Source: Phoronis australis
Lineage: Eukaryota; Animalia; Phoronida
Direction: 5' to 3'
Assembly (NCBI GenBank): GCA_002633005.1
Contig: NMRA01000383.1
Coordinates: forward strand, 342,316-406,315
Length of the DNA: 64,000 nt
Below are positions 23,194 through 36,500 of the stretch, one piece after another. Below the pieces are notes generated by a model. That model did not search any database. It was not told the origin of the DNA and saw nothing but the letters and a program-made list of their open reading frames with translations. Position 1 is the stretch's first letter. The number at the start of each line of letters is the position of its first letter. The position numbers and the translations under genes are program-made.

Positions 23194-23564
23194 AGGCTCT
23201 TTCATGCTAATGTCGACGCATCGATGTTTCGGGGAGTTGAGGTCAGTACGAACGGTTAACAGTCCTGGATCGAGCATCGGCATTGATATCAACGGTCAAC
23301 TTTGGTTGAATAATAACGAATTAAATTAGAAGTAAGTTTTATGTCAATTAACACATGTAAATGTTCTGAAATTATTACATTAAAGAAAGTCATAACTAAA
23401 TGGGATGCATCAGCACTACCTTGTGATTACTTCGATGATGACGTCACCTAACCTTTACTTCGATGTCCGTTAACTACCGAAGCCAGCATGAACGGTTCAG
23501 TTAACTTTGTAGTTTACAATCACGCTCCACTCAGACCGGAGTTAAATCAATATGAAAAGGGCCT
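23194..23564. mobile_element. PIF/Harbinger (Tourist-like) MITE, TAA TSD
   Basis: AGGCTCTTTCATG...TATGAAAAGGGCCT flanked by TAA on both sides; the host repeat resumes in register. Confidence 0.7.
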
Positions 23565-24350
23565 TAAAATACAGAGGCAAACGTAAAAAAAAACAATTAA
23601 AACTAAGGGGCACAGCTATTAAAACTAAGGGGCACAGCTATTCAATTCGATTGGTCTGAAACTCATCATCAGTTGTGTCAAAGATCCTTCAAAGGATTAA
23701 AGAAATACAGCTATAGATGCCAATAGTCAAAATTGCCCCTAGGGAGCACCAGAATAGTTGAACACATCTAACAAACAACGTCAGTCAGTCTTTGCATCAG
23801 GAACACAACCGTCAATTTTCATCCTTTGATTGGTTTGGCAGATAGAGAAGCAGATGCCAAAAACAACAAACATTTTTAAATGGCCACAAGGTGGCACAGA
23901 AACCATCAAACCTGTCCGAAAATGAGGCCGTTGTCGTCTCCTGAATAGAAGCCTATTTGCAGAATTTCATGAAAATACAATTTCATAAATAAATTTCAAA
24001 GCCAGAGAGGCAAAGTAAAAAACATTTTCCACTAGGGAGCAAACTTGTATTTGTATCACTTGGACACTTATTTATCATCGCTACACATCTTTCAAATTTC
24101 ACAAAGCTCCTTCAAAGGGAGGATGGAAATAAATGCAAAACAACAAAAAGCAACTAAGTGGCACAGAAAACATATCTGTCCGAAAATTGGAAGGCATTGT
24201 CGACTCCTTAATAGAAACCTTTTTGCGGAATTTCATGAACACATTAATGCACTCTGCAGATACAGAGGGAAACATAAAAACAAATTTACCACTAGGGGTA
24301 TAGGTATTTGTTGGAAGCATGAAAACTTTGAGACATCCACTTGAGAAAAC

Positions 24351-24655
24351 AGATCAAGTTTGAGTCTAATACTGGAATTAAAACTTACAAAAATTAGCGA
24401 CGTTGTATCCTCATCTCACGGACTTCAGCTTGGCTTGTGACGTCATTGTTAAATAAAAGAGGCGTCTTATGATTCGATTTGTCACACGTGTGGGANGAGA
24501 AGTACTGACGTCAATGCCGCGCCGTTTAGCCAAAACGCCACCAATTGGCCAGAATAACGATAACGTCACAAGCCAAGCTGAAGTCCATGAGATGCGGACG
24601 CAACGTCGCTAATTTTTGTAAGTTTTAATTCCAGTACTAGACTCAAACTTGATCT
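24351..24655. mobile_element. Foldback/MITE with about 100-bp TIRs
   Basis: agatcaagtttgagtcta...gcttgtgacgt versus acgtcacaagc...tagactcaaacttgatct. Confidence 0.75.
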
Positions 24656-25127
24656 ATTGGTATTTGTATGAGTTGGACACTCGTTACCGCTTGTCGTCAG
24701 CACTATAGGAATACATGTTTCAAATTTCGCAAAGCTCCTTCAGGAGATTCGGCCACAGACACAGAAGAGAATCCCCACTAATGGGCAACACACAGTATTC
24801 AAACCTGTCCAAAAGTCAACGCCAGTCATAGCCTTCTGATAAAAACACATCAAATTCTGTAAAATTCCATAACAATCCTTTGCGTGGTGTGCCAGATAGA
24901 GAGGCGGACGTCAGAAAAGGGACGTAAAAATAACAAAAATGGCCATAAGGTGGCGTACAATCCATCTGAAAATGGAATGGCATCATCGCTTCTAAGACAT
25001 AGTCCCAAGCCCTCCTATTTCTCACATCCGTGGCTACTTCAGGGGTGCAATGGGAACTTCTGAACAAATCCTTCTCCAAATGTTCAAAATTCATTTTCAG
25101 CAAAGTTCACAAGTCAGAATACACTTG

Positions 25128-25281
25128 CATGGGTGGACCCAGGATTTTGAGTTAGGGGGGGCAGGGTATTAGCCAGGATTTTGCCTGTCAGACATTGGTA
25201 CTCCCCGAACTGCCCAATGGAATCCTGGAGAATTTTAGGGGGGAGCATGGCCCCCTTGGCCCCCCTCTAAATCCACCACTG
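25128..25281. mobile_element. MITE (CAGTGGCGGA-type ends), 5-bp TSD ACTTG
   Basis: CATGGGTGGA...TCCACCACTG with ACTTG on both flanks; homologous to 58682-58838. Confidence 0.75.
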
Positions 25282-26387
25282 ACTTGGATGTTAAGTATGA
25301 GCCTTAGCTTAAAAGTTGGAAAAAAAGCTTCAAATATTAGTCACTAGGTGTATAATCAGAACATTCAAAATGACAAGAAAGTATTGTGCCCATTTCTAAG
25401 ACATATGCTTCCTCAATCATTTTGTGCTTTCAAACAAAACAACAGTTTTGTACCAGCTGAGACACTCAATGATTTTGTAAACAAGTGGATCAAATTTGAG
25501 TACAAGGAAATCCTCGTTAATTTGGTGAAAAGTTTTTGTGACAAAACGGAACTAATACATCACAAACAGTCAGTGTTACAGGAATCATGTGTCGCGCTGA
25601 TCAAGGAAGCATCGAGTCAATGCTGAGCCTTGGAGTAGAAAACCAATTTCAGTTCCGCATAACAGTGCTCAAAGAAAGAGGCCATGTGCTGCCTACAGAA
25701 TGTATCATTTGTCAGAAAAGGATGAGGGTTACAACTTACAAACAACAACGCAAAGAAAAGGAAATCTTCCAACTTTGAAACATTAACTGATAAGTACCTT
25801 AGCTGAAAAAAAGTGTGAATTGCAGTTAAAAACCTCTAATTTTGGACATAAGTCCGAGCTTGTCCCTAATTTATGAAATTTGTACTCAGTTGGCCACCCC
25901 AAACTCAAGGCATTGGCGACAGTTTTTACTAAACGTGTGTTATTGTACTGCTTTTGATGAATTTACAAGTTTATTTTCAGACCATGTTAAGAAAAAATGA
26001 AGTATTTGGAATTTGAGACATATAAAGGCCATGTTCCAAATTCCAAAATCAAAAAAATTCAATTTTAGCTCAGATGTTGGCGTTCCAAATTTTGGAGACG
26101 GTCCAGAACTGGAGAATTGCTAGCGCAGACTAAAAAATTGTTTGTTCTTTCAGTTACACACCCTCTAAAACAACAGGATGCATCGGAATAAACGTTTGTG
26201 GTATGTTAGACATTTTTCAACTTCACACAAAAACCATTGTCAAAATGGCCATTCTTCAAAGGCTGAACTGCAGCCTAAAGCTCAAAATTTTAGCAAATAA
26301 ATGACCTTTGAACTAATGATGTACCTCGTGGGCTCACATGACTTGCATCATGCAGTGTTATTCCGCAGCACCAGGTCACAATACAGA

Positions 26388-26603
26388 CAAAGCTTGGAAT
26401 GACCAACGATACAAAAGAGAAAAATTTTTCAGGTGATGTGTCATTCCACAAATAAGTAGGCTTGTGTGGTAGTAAAATTTAACACGAATAAAGTCAAAAT
26501 AATGATAAAAAAGAGATGAAAAAAGAGGAAACTGGATATCAAAAAAGAGGAAATCGAAACCAAAAAAGGAAATCATCTTAAAAGAGGAAAATTCCAAGCC
26601 CTG
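26388..26603. mobile_element. Short uninterrupted relative of the 18166 TIR element
   Basis: CAAAGCTTGGAAT...ATTCCAAGCCCTG; shares aataaagtcaaaataatga|aaaaaga, the site interrupted in the 18166 copy. Confidence 0.65.
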
Positions 26604-27150
26604 TACTGGACACAGTTCAGTGATTTGCAGCGGATCCTTTTTGTCACAAAGCTCGTTCTTAAAAACATTTGGCAACTTTGAAGCGACCTCAGATTCACAT
26701 TGTCGCTATACAGTGTGCTCCCAATTAATTTGGCCAAGACAGCGCAGACTGAAAATTCCAATTAAGTGATAACTTAAAGTGTACTATGAAAACCTCTTAT
26801 TTGGTGAGCCGATTTGGCCTACCGCCATTTAAAATACACCGGATGAAATTTGTGTGATAGGAAGTATTGTAGCCCCTAGACAGCCTGCCGGGGGGCTACG
26901 TGTTACCTATATATCACCTCCGGACGTGAATGTAATTGCCTATGTCCATTGCTGGTACTAACGAAAGACCAATTTCAAAACCAGATGACGTCGTATAAAC
27001 CTAAGACAAACTCACACAAACCCTTGAGTTTATATGTGCCTCGATCAAGGTAGCATTGAACACTTAGCCTGAGGCATCAGCCAGTTTGCATGCACTCCAA
27101 AAATAGTAAAACCTATATGTAGCCTAGGCTTGGAGGCAGTATCTAGGTAG

Positions 27151-28155
27151 CAGGGCTCGACGCTAATAAAATCGCCAGGTCGCATTTTGCGACCTAGCCA
27201 AAATCCCAGGTCGCATTTTCAAAATCCAGCTCGCATTCGTAAATGCCAGGTCGCAAAATTTTCCCGCCATTTTTACGCGCCAAAACAGATTTTTTAGATC
27301 ATCGGGAAAATGTTTAGATTATGCTCTTACCTGCAGCGTTAAATACTCACAAATTTCGGATTTCAAAATTGACTTCATTCATGCAGGTACGGCCTTACTG
27401 TTCTTCACGACCGCCATTGAAAGTCTCTAGAGNTATTTCGCGCACGTAGCCCCAGAAACAAGTAAAGGGTTTGAGAATTTCTTGGCAAATTAAAAGTAAA
27501 GACGTGACCGTCGTTTGACGATTAACAAGGTTGTCATTATCACTTTGGCTGTCTTAATACGATAAAAGGAGAAGCATACCTCAGTCTAAGTCACGATTGT
27601 CTGCCGGGACCGATTGCGCGCTAATGGTGCAGCAGTGCGATATCAGGGATATTGTCGTGGATATTTGGTACATGTAATAAGGACATCTTATGTGAAAAAT
27701 TAGCATTTTTGTCCACCACAAAGTTTGGTAAGTTGATCGCTTAAGAATTAATAGAAACACTGTTGTTTTGTGAAGTTTTATCACGTGTAAGCATTGGCCT
27801 GAAACTTTCTTCGGCGAATCCGGTAATTTACAAAAGTGGCCAAAAGTGTTAGCCAATGAAACGCATCAAAGATCGATTCTGCATATCCCATGTTCACGCG
27901 ACTTGCTTACAAGTCATCGGGAGGCCTGTTCTCAGTTAGTGTTCTTTTGAACTTGTATTTGGCAACAACCAAATAACGGTCGGATTAACAAGAGCTGCTG
28001 CCAGGTATCTGTTGAGAAGTGTAAAAACTCAGCTCGCATTCGTTGGAAATTCCAGGTCGCATTTTGCGACTTTATACGAGCTGACCAAAATCTCAGCTCG
28101 CATTTCCAAATTTCAGGTCGCAAATGCGACCTGCACCTCGTTATGTCGAGCCCTG
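27151..28155. mobile_element. Non-autonomous TIR DNA transposon, CAGGG ends, 5-bp TSD (hAT5-like)
   Basis: TIR CAGGGCTCGAC...GTCGAGCCCTG, flanked by GGTAG on both sides; subterminal (A/C)GGTCGCATTT repeats. Confidence 0.8.
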
Positions 28156-30127
28156 GGTAGGTGTTGCATGTAGGCTCAGTGAACGTGGTTTGTTTGTATT
28201 TGTGAACATGCTGGGATTGAGAAAAGACCACTTGCTCGGCTGTAGCTACACTCGTCTTCAAGATAGCGCCCCCTGTTGCAATTGTACATTGCTGGGTAGT
28301 GACAGAGACATTGGCTGCAATTTCAGGAAGTCCTCAAACAAGCCAGAATTGCAGAAAAACTACTTGTTTGACAAAACTTTTGGACCACATTTTTGGCATG
28401 TGTAAGAAACTTGCTTTCAGAATCTAATATTGGCTTATCTATAGGCAGCCAGCTAGCTGCATGAAGACTATCGTCAAAATACAGCAAGGTACCACTGTGT
28501 TTCCAGCTCCATTAGACCCGGAAATTTCACACAGCCAGAGTAGTTCTGCTCGTCACCACATCATGAAACTGATATCAACATGAAGAGCTAATGACCTGCG
28601 GAGATGCATACAAAATCTGGGGGTCAACCAACACTCACCTTGCCCATTGCAACCATTTAAATGAAAAACAATCTAATAAATGTCATTTTCTTGCATACTA
28701 ATTCTCCGTCTATTGTAAAAAAAGAAGGCCTGTCATTGTTTTGAAAACAGCACGCTCTTGACAAGCACATGCACCATTCACTAATTTCCTTGCAACATTT
28801 TTAGGAGACGATAGCAGCTTTGACGCAACAACAAAATTTGTTCTGAAATTCGATTTGCTTGAATTAAAATACTAAAAACTTGTAACGAAATTAAACCAGT
28901 TCCGATAATTTGTTGCGACATGTACGCAACCGCATGAAAGAACAGTTGATTGAAAAATCTTCCAAAAAAGAAACTGGCCAAAAGGTGGCGCAATACAGCG
29001 CGCGGCAGGTGGTATGATATAATATCCCCTGGTAGATAATGGGTCGGAGTATTTGTTGGAGTTGGAAGGAATTAAATACATTGACGACCTCCTAAGGTGT
29101 CCCTCAACAGCGAAAATGTTTCAAAAGAGCCTGCTGGTCCCTACTCAGCAAAGATCCCAAAAACAAAAAATAATCAACAGTTTCTAAAAATCGTGACCCA
29201 AGGCATCACGGAAGCGACATCACCAGGGTGTTGCACAATCCGCAACTTCAAAGGCGCAGTTCCACTCAGGTCACGCGCCGCAAGCGGTTACGGCCAGCAC
29301 GGCCGATTTGGCAGCACCTGTTACGGCTGCGCTCTCGGCTTCCCAAGACGCCCTTCCGGCTGCAGCAAAGCGGCCACGCGAGCGCGACATGACCTGGTTC
29401 AGACCACTGGCAGAAATTTGGGGGCAGCGCTTGTCCTCGTGCGGGAGGCAGGGTCCGCACACCACAGTTGAAAGCGCACGTCTAAGCGTGGCACTTGCCG
29501 CGCCTGTTCGATCTCTGTGCAGCGGGCTCGCAAGGCAACTCGATGGAGGTCTCAGTTGCTCAGCGCCAGGCACTGGAAAAATTGTCTGAGATGTCTGCTC
29601 TCGGCACATATAAACTGGCGTCACTCGCGGCAACGCTGCCGGAAGTCCGGCGAATATTGGAGTGGCCTGCAGAAATGGAGGAAGCGGCACACGCCTTATG
29701 TCGCGTTGTCGGAGTGGTTGTTCCTGACGAGTTCGGAATCCGCTGCGGACGGCTCACCTCCCCGGTGTGCCTTCTCCACTGGTGGGTTCTAGTGGCGCTA
29801 ACAGACAGGTTGGACCATCCAGCTTGGGACACTTTTGTGCTCGTTGCGCAGAGTTGTGGCTGTTCCCTCGGGACATCTTGGGCAACGCTACTGACGCGTC
29901 ATCTTCCCTACCAGGTTCTCAGGTTTTGACTTGGGGCGCTCCCAGACTAGGGCCAAGTTGCGGTACCTCTCCTGCCCCTGCGCTTGCTAAGGGCTTACCT
30001 CCGCCTGCGTCGAAACTGTCTCCCACAGACGATCTCTTGGAAGAGAGCGTCCACGTTCTCTGTTTAGACAGGAAGGCGGGCAGATGGACAGGGTTTAATC
30101 GCCTCGGCATGGGCACTGTATTAGAAC

Positions 30128-31828
30128 CAGGGCTCGACATAACGAGCTGCAAGTCGCATTTGCGACCTGAAATTTGGAAATGCGACTTGAGATTTTGGCC
30201 AGCTCGCATTAAGTCGCAAAATGCGACATGGAATTTCCAACGTATGCGAGCTGAGTTTTCAAACTTCACGGCAGATACCTGGGAAATATAGAGCAAATCG
30301 GGTGGTTCCGACCGTTATTTGGATGTTGCCAAATCAAGTTCAAAAGAACATACATTGAGAAAAGCGCTCCCGATGACTTGTAAAGATATCGCATGAACAA
30401 GGGAATGCAGAATTGGTCTTTGACGCATTTTTTACCAATACTTTCGGCTTTTTGCAAATTTCCGGATGTGCCGAAGAAAGTTTCGGACCTCGGAATAACA
30501 CGTGATAATACGTCAGAAAGCAGCGGTGTTTCTACTAATTCTTAAACGACAAAATTACCAAGCTTAGTGGTGGAAAAACATTTATTTTTCATAGGTGTCC
30601 TCAATATCAAATTACAGCAACACCCACGGCAATATGCCAGATTGCACTGGCGCCACTGGTCGGTTCCACTGTTAGCGCCGGAAAGCGGTCCCGGCAGACG
30701 ATCGTCGTGACTTGGAAAATGCGTCTCGCTTTTTTATCGCGAAAGACAGCAAATGTGAAAATGACATCCGAATTAATCGCCAAACGACGGGCATGCCTTT
30801 ACGCGCTTTGGGGCAAAATAGTAGAAAGTCACACCGCCGGAAATCATTTCGAGGCTTTTTTATTTAATGGAAAACTAATTGACTACGTACCGGTAAACAG
30901 CATATGACCCACATTTTTTGCTGTGAAATTTGCAGTGAATTGTTTCCGTGTATGTCATTCAGCGAGTAGGGCAACGTTTCACGAATTTCTTCCGACAGGA
31001 TGTTTTTTCAAACGTCAAGTTGAAAAGTTTGGCCTGCGAACAAATGGAAGGAATTCGCACTCAGAGTTATCAATCTTTGGATCTTTAACGACTTTGATGA
31101 CAGTCATATAGCAAGTCAGTCCTAACAAAATCGCGGATACTGTTTCAACGAGTATTTTCTTCTTTTTCACGTTGCACGCTTAGCTAATCGAATGCATGTG
31201 TCGGTTAGAGAGCACTGATTTAACTTTCACGTCGGCAACTGCCTTGCGCTCCAAGGTACTTTCACTGGATGGCGCCAGTGAAGAATGGTAACGCAGTGCA
31301 TGCATGATATGCTTGTAAGAACTCAGTTTTGCGACATGACATTGTAACATTTTTGATGAAAAATGTTTGAATTATGTAACGATTTATTATAAATCGATGA
31401 TTAAATTTAGGAACAAATGTGTTAATTAATATCAGTTAACTATTTTGAAAGTCACAAATATTCTAGAACAGGACTTGTTATTGTAAACAACTTGTTGTGG
31501 TAAACTTGAGTATTGCACAATTTCTTCAGAAAAGCTTTAGTTCTGTTAAGTTCTCAGTGCAGTTCTGACAAACAGGATACGGTCATCAAAACATGTTTTG
31601 GAGTGGTCAACTTTAGGTGGGCTGATTCTAAGAAACACCCACACTGATGTACTTATGCCTTGACCAGTGTCCATATGATGCTTAGTCATATCTTAGAGTA
31701 TAAATATTTCTGGAGCAAACATAAGCGTCATTCTCAAAAGAAAAAGTTAGGAGACAAGGAAGCTCAGTAACTTTGGAGAATCAAGTATTTTAGGCAGATC
31801 ACCGAGTCTGTAGAGTTTCAAGGAGTGT
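30128..31828. mobile_element. Second, longer and inverted member of the 27151 TIR family; far end lost in the N-gap
   Basis: Begins CAGGGCTCGACATAACGAG, the reverse complement of the 28155 end; homologous for about 680 nt, then diverges. Confidence 0.7.
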
Positions 31829-32613
31829 NNNNNNNNNNNNNNNNNNNNNNNNNNNNNNNNNNNNNNNNNNNNNNNNNNNNNNNNNNNNNNNNNNNNNNNN
31901 NNNNNNNNNNNNNNNNNNNNNNNNNNNNNNNNNNNNNNNNNNNNNNNNNNNNNNNNNNNNNNNNNNNNNNNNNNNNNNNNNNNNNNNNNNNNNNNNNNNN
32001 NNNNNNNNNNNNNNNNNNNNNNNNNNNNNNNNNNNNNNNNNNNNNNNNNNNNNNNNNNNNNNNNNNNNNNNNNNNNNNNNNNNNNNNNNNNNNNNNNNNN
32101 NNNNNNNNNNNNNNNNNNNNNNNNNNNNNNNNNNNNNNNNNNNNNNNNNNNNNNNNNNNNNNNNNNNNNNNNNNNNNNNNNNNNNNNNNNNNNNNNNNNN
32201 NNNNNNNNNNNNNNNNNNNNNNNNNNNNNNNNNNNNNNNNNNNNNNNNNNNNNNNNNNNNNNNNNNNNNNNNNNNNNNNNNNNNNNNNNNNNNNNNNNNN
32301 NNNNNNNNNNNNNNNNNNNNNNNNNNNNNNNNNNNNNNNNNNNNNNNNNNNNNNNNNNNNNNNNNNNNNNNNNNNNNNNNNNNNNNNNNNNNNNNNNNNN
32401 NNNNNNNNNNNNNNNNNNNNNNNNNNNNNNNNNNNNNNNNNNNNNNNNNNNNNNNNNNNNNNNNNNNNNNNNNNNNNNNNNNNNNNNNNNNNNNNNNNNN
32501 NNNNNNNNNNNNNNNNNNNNNNNNNNNNNNNNNNNNNNNNNNNNNNNNNNNNNNNNNNNNNNNNNNNNNNNNNNNNNNNNNNNNNNNNNNNNNNNNNNNN
32601 NNNNNNNNNNNNN
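31829..32613. other. Assembly gap
   Basis: run of N. Confidence 1.
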
Positions 32614-33485
32614 TTGTATTTGATAAAAACAAATGCTGTTGATATGACATTTAATAGTCTTTTTGCACATATTTGACATTTTAATGTTTAACAACACGGC
32701 AAATGCACGGCTGGTTCCCGGCAGCACGTACGCGAAGGGCGGGAACTTCAGCTTTCAAAGTTCGCCGGTAGGTCCGCAACTTCTGACCTTCGGCCTGGTT
32801 AAAAAAATGAAAAAGTTGAGTTCACGATTTTGGGAACTGAAATAGGGACTGCTCGAAGAAAAAGTTTCATAACGGGAGTATTTGTTCGAGTTGGAAGGAA
32901 TTAAACACATCGACAACCTCCTAAGGTGTTCCTCTATGCGCAAAAGGTATTTGTAACAACGTGACTTTGATGGTTTAGTCGGTGCGAGGCATAATTCGCG
33001 CCTATAGCCTCTACATCGCCTCTGCTTCGGGCGAACAGAGGCGATGGTCATTGCCTACTGTTCAACATGACACGTCTGGGACGTTTATAGTAACCTATAC
33101 CATGTAATAACTACTTACCGAAAACCACATTAAAACAAATGAGTTTGATAACAGACAACGTCAGGTAGACATATAACCCGTCTGGAAATAAGTAGTTACG
33201 GGTGGTGAAGCGCAGAACAATGAATAAGCTCCTGAAACTTGTTCAAGTTGCCCGCGGAAATTCTTTCACCAAAACATGCATTCGACTTAAATTGTTGATG
33301 TGCCCTTTTATTGTCTAATAATTGAGATTAGTAATAACAGTTTATCTATATTAGCTTTATCACAACCTCTGAATTATTTCATTTCTACATATAACATGAC
33401 TGCAGTTTTCTATTCGATGAGGGTAATTCACCTTATATCGTCCCCAAACCCCTAGATGGCGCTGATGAGCCATTTGATCAAAATT

Positions 33486-33496
33486 GGGGAATTTCC
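33486..33496 (+). promoter_or_regulatory. NF-kB (kB) consensus site upstream of the CARD-DD gene
   Basis: GGGGAATTTCC, 80-90 nt before the ATG; fits GGGRNWYYCC. Confidence 0.5.
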
Positions 33497-33575
33497 TTCG
33501 ACCTTTGGCTTGGGATATCGTGTTTGGAACTTTGGCTTCGGTGTAATTTGTGACAAAATGCCTTAAAATAAAACA

Positions 33576-36500
33576 ATGGATGACTTGAAAGAAACTCCCA
33601 GACTACCGGAATTATATGCCAGTGTTCTGAGGTACCATGAACCTATTTTAGTGAAGGAAATGAATGTCATGATAACATTACGTGAGCTCGTAAATGTAAG
33701 TATAAATAACACTAAGGACTAAGACCAAGCAATGGCAAAAAGACCTTTTCGAGTGACATTGTCAGTTGTCGTGCCATGGTCAAGCCAATTTGGAGTAAAG
33801 CAGCTGATAGTGGCTAATTCATTCCCAGTTTTCCACTGGGAAAACCCAAGTGTTGTTAACGCCTCGAATGAAGCCAATAGATTTTCCAGGAAACTTGATT
33901 ACTGTAACTAATACTACTAACCTGTTAAAGTCAGTTGCTGCTGTCACGTCAGAACTGGTTAGGTATGGAATTTCCCAGACCGTTCTAAAATTGACTTAAA
34001 TATACATGTCTGTGAACAGTTGTCGTTAAGTTGCTTGCAAATTTCTTAGAGACTGGAACAAAAGTTTTATCTCAAGTTAAGAAAGGTAATTTAAAAACAT
34101 TTATTTTCAATTCTTCACAGCAGAGTGTATTTACGGAAGAAGAGGAAAAGGTTGTTTGTGGTGAAGTGAACCTCATGGGACGAGCTAAGCAAATAATAAA
34201 CATTTTAAAAACGAAAGATAAAGTGAGTTTCAACACTTTTGTTGGAATACTTCGCAACACCAACCAAGAGAATTTGGCTACAAAATTACTAGAAGATATT
34301 GCTCAAGGTATGATGGTTGATTCTTTGACAGGGTTACCTGATGACATTAAAGGAGAATGCCACCCGATTTAATTAGTCTTTTTTGCCGTCTTAATCGGTC
34401 TATATCCACATTGTCTCGAATACGGTCGACCTTACCTTTATGCCAAGAGGTGTCGTGTTAACCTGTGAGGAAGATGAGAAACGATGCTAGCGACCCCCCA
34501 CCCCCTAAAATTCTACCAGATTCCATTTGGCAGTAGGGGGTGCGAATGTCTGACTGGCAAAATCCTGGCTAATACTCTGCCCTGCCCNCTAATTCAAAAT
34601 CCTGGATCCGCTCCTGCTGTAACCCCTGGGATTCTATCACAAACATTTCGGTCGCATTATGCAGTTGGCAATTTGGCCAACTGATCAAAGGACTGCTAGG
34701 AGAAAAAATTGGTTGTGAGAGTAACCAAACTTGTTTGAGTTGGAAGACATCGACGGCCTCTTAATGTGTTCCTCAATGTGCAAAAGTTACTTATAACAGC
34801 ATAACGTTGATGTTTTAAACAGGGTGAGGAATATCCCGGCGAAAATCTTCCTGCTTATGAAGCTGCTATAGGAGCTCCACTGTCTCTAGCTAGAGACAGT
34901 GGTCATTATCTGAGTTTCACTATGAACAGTCATGACAGAGTTAGAGGACCTCCAGGCTAGCAATGATTCTTTTCCTCATAATGAGACTTCAGACTAGAGA
35001 GTATGCATGAAACTGTCAGGCTGTCAGTTGCGTTCTGACAAAAACACCAGCATAGGTCCCAGGTCACATATTTTTTACCAAAATGCTGTCAAAATAATTT
35101 TCCATGTCGCGGCACTCCATTAAAAAATGTTGGTGCATTTTCAGGCAATGCAACATGCAATGTAGGGCACACCACTCTGCGGAGTAAAAACAGCCTTGAA
35201 ACAAGTGTAGTTTTCGTTAATTAATGCTTTTTTTGCTATTTAATATTACTGCACTTCTTGTCTAGGAGGAAGTTTGCCTTGCCCGACACAAATCGAAGAG
35301 GACCGTGCGTTGACGAGTAGTTCAGGTATACATGTTGTTCAGGTCACGTTGTTTTGAATGACTATTGATTGCGTGGCATTCTAGTTGTAACATCATGATT
35401 CATTAAAAATGACATTTCGTTTGCTCTTAACAGCCATAACGGACAGTCTCTCCAATAGAGGACAGTCCAATGTAGCATAAGGTGTCAGTCTGTAGAACAA
35501 TTGTCCCAAGCTCTTGGTAGTGACAGGGATGTACCTAGGCCTGAAAAGTCGGGTCGCCAGCTGAGAGACTGAGTCAGAAAGTCAAGCCATACATACAAAA
35601 GTTAGGTCGCCAATTTTTAAGTTAATTGCATTATGCTTTTCTGAATACATGTTTTGTGTTGGCACAGCTGGCAAAGATGTAGCCAGTTTTGTTCAAAAAT
35701 TGATGTCAGGATCTACACTGTGGCTGAGCTAGGATAGATGCAGTGTCTAGGTGGACAGTGTGACATGGTCAGGAGAAGTTGCTCGCTTTTCACTCAGACA
35801 CTGATGCTGTGGTTACAGGCGTTCAGTACGCACTGAGTCCTTTGATTCTGCAGCAGTTACTTTAATTTGAAAACCTAAGGCAAGATGAGTGAAGGGAAAC
35901 ATGTGTCTCATTGACATTTTTTGTTTTAAAAAATTATGTTACACTTACGAAATGTCAGAATAAATCGTTTGCATCACCGAGAAACTGCGGAATGTAGGTT
36001 TCTCGGCTATTGGGTGAAAGCACTGTTAACCAGTTATAATGGCAATAGAGCTAACACACTGACAGTGAGTCAATCTACCTGTGTCACGTACTGGAAAAAG
36101 AGATCATTCGAAGGATTCCACATGACCTGACCATGCCTGTGGGAAACTTTGCACGAGGGCTGATGGCTTAGTAAAAACACCGGAATGACGAGGTAGTTTT
36201 TCACTCCACTCAGAAAAAATGACAGCATGCCTAATTGCAAAGAGGTTCTACTTCCTCATTGCTGACTGGGTAAGAAAAATAAAGTCAATTAACTGACACC
36301 AGCTTTACATTCACATTAACATAAAAATACAGAAAATAGAATTCTTACATGTCTTGAAAATATGCTGTTAAAATTATTAAGATATAAAGATTGCATTATT
36401 AGTAGTCCTCAAGATTAATGTTTTTGTGAATTTTTGAAAATAGGCCCATGGATGCATATTCAGAAAACAACCTTTCAAAAAAATCAAATGAAACCAGGTA

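Larger units (their letters stand above)
22998..24985 (-). mobile_element. Older, degenerate copy of the same Helentron-type family with secondary insertions
   Basis: Starts aacaagagcaaggcggagcattgaaatgcacccac like 18319; decayed ccactagg repeats to about 24960. Confidence 0.55.

Noticed and set aside
31747-32727. Long ORFs of 283-326 aa
   Set aside because: Artefacts of the N-gap.
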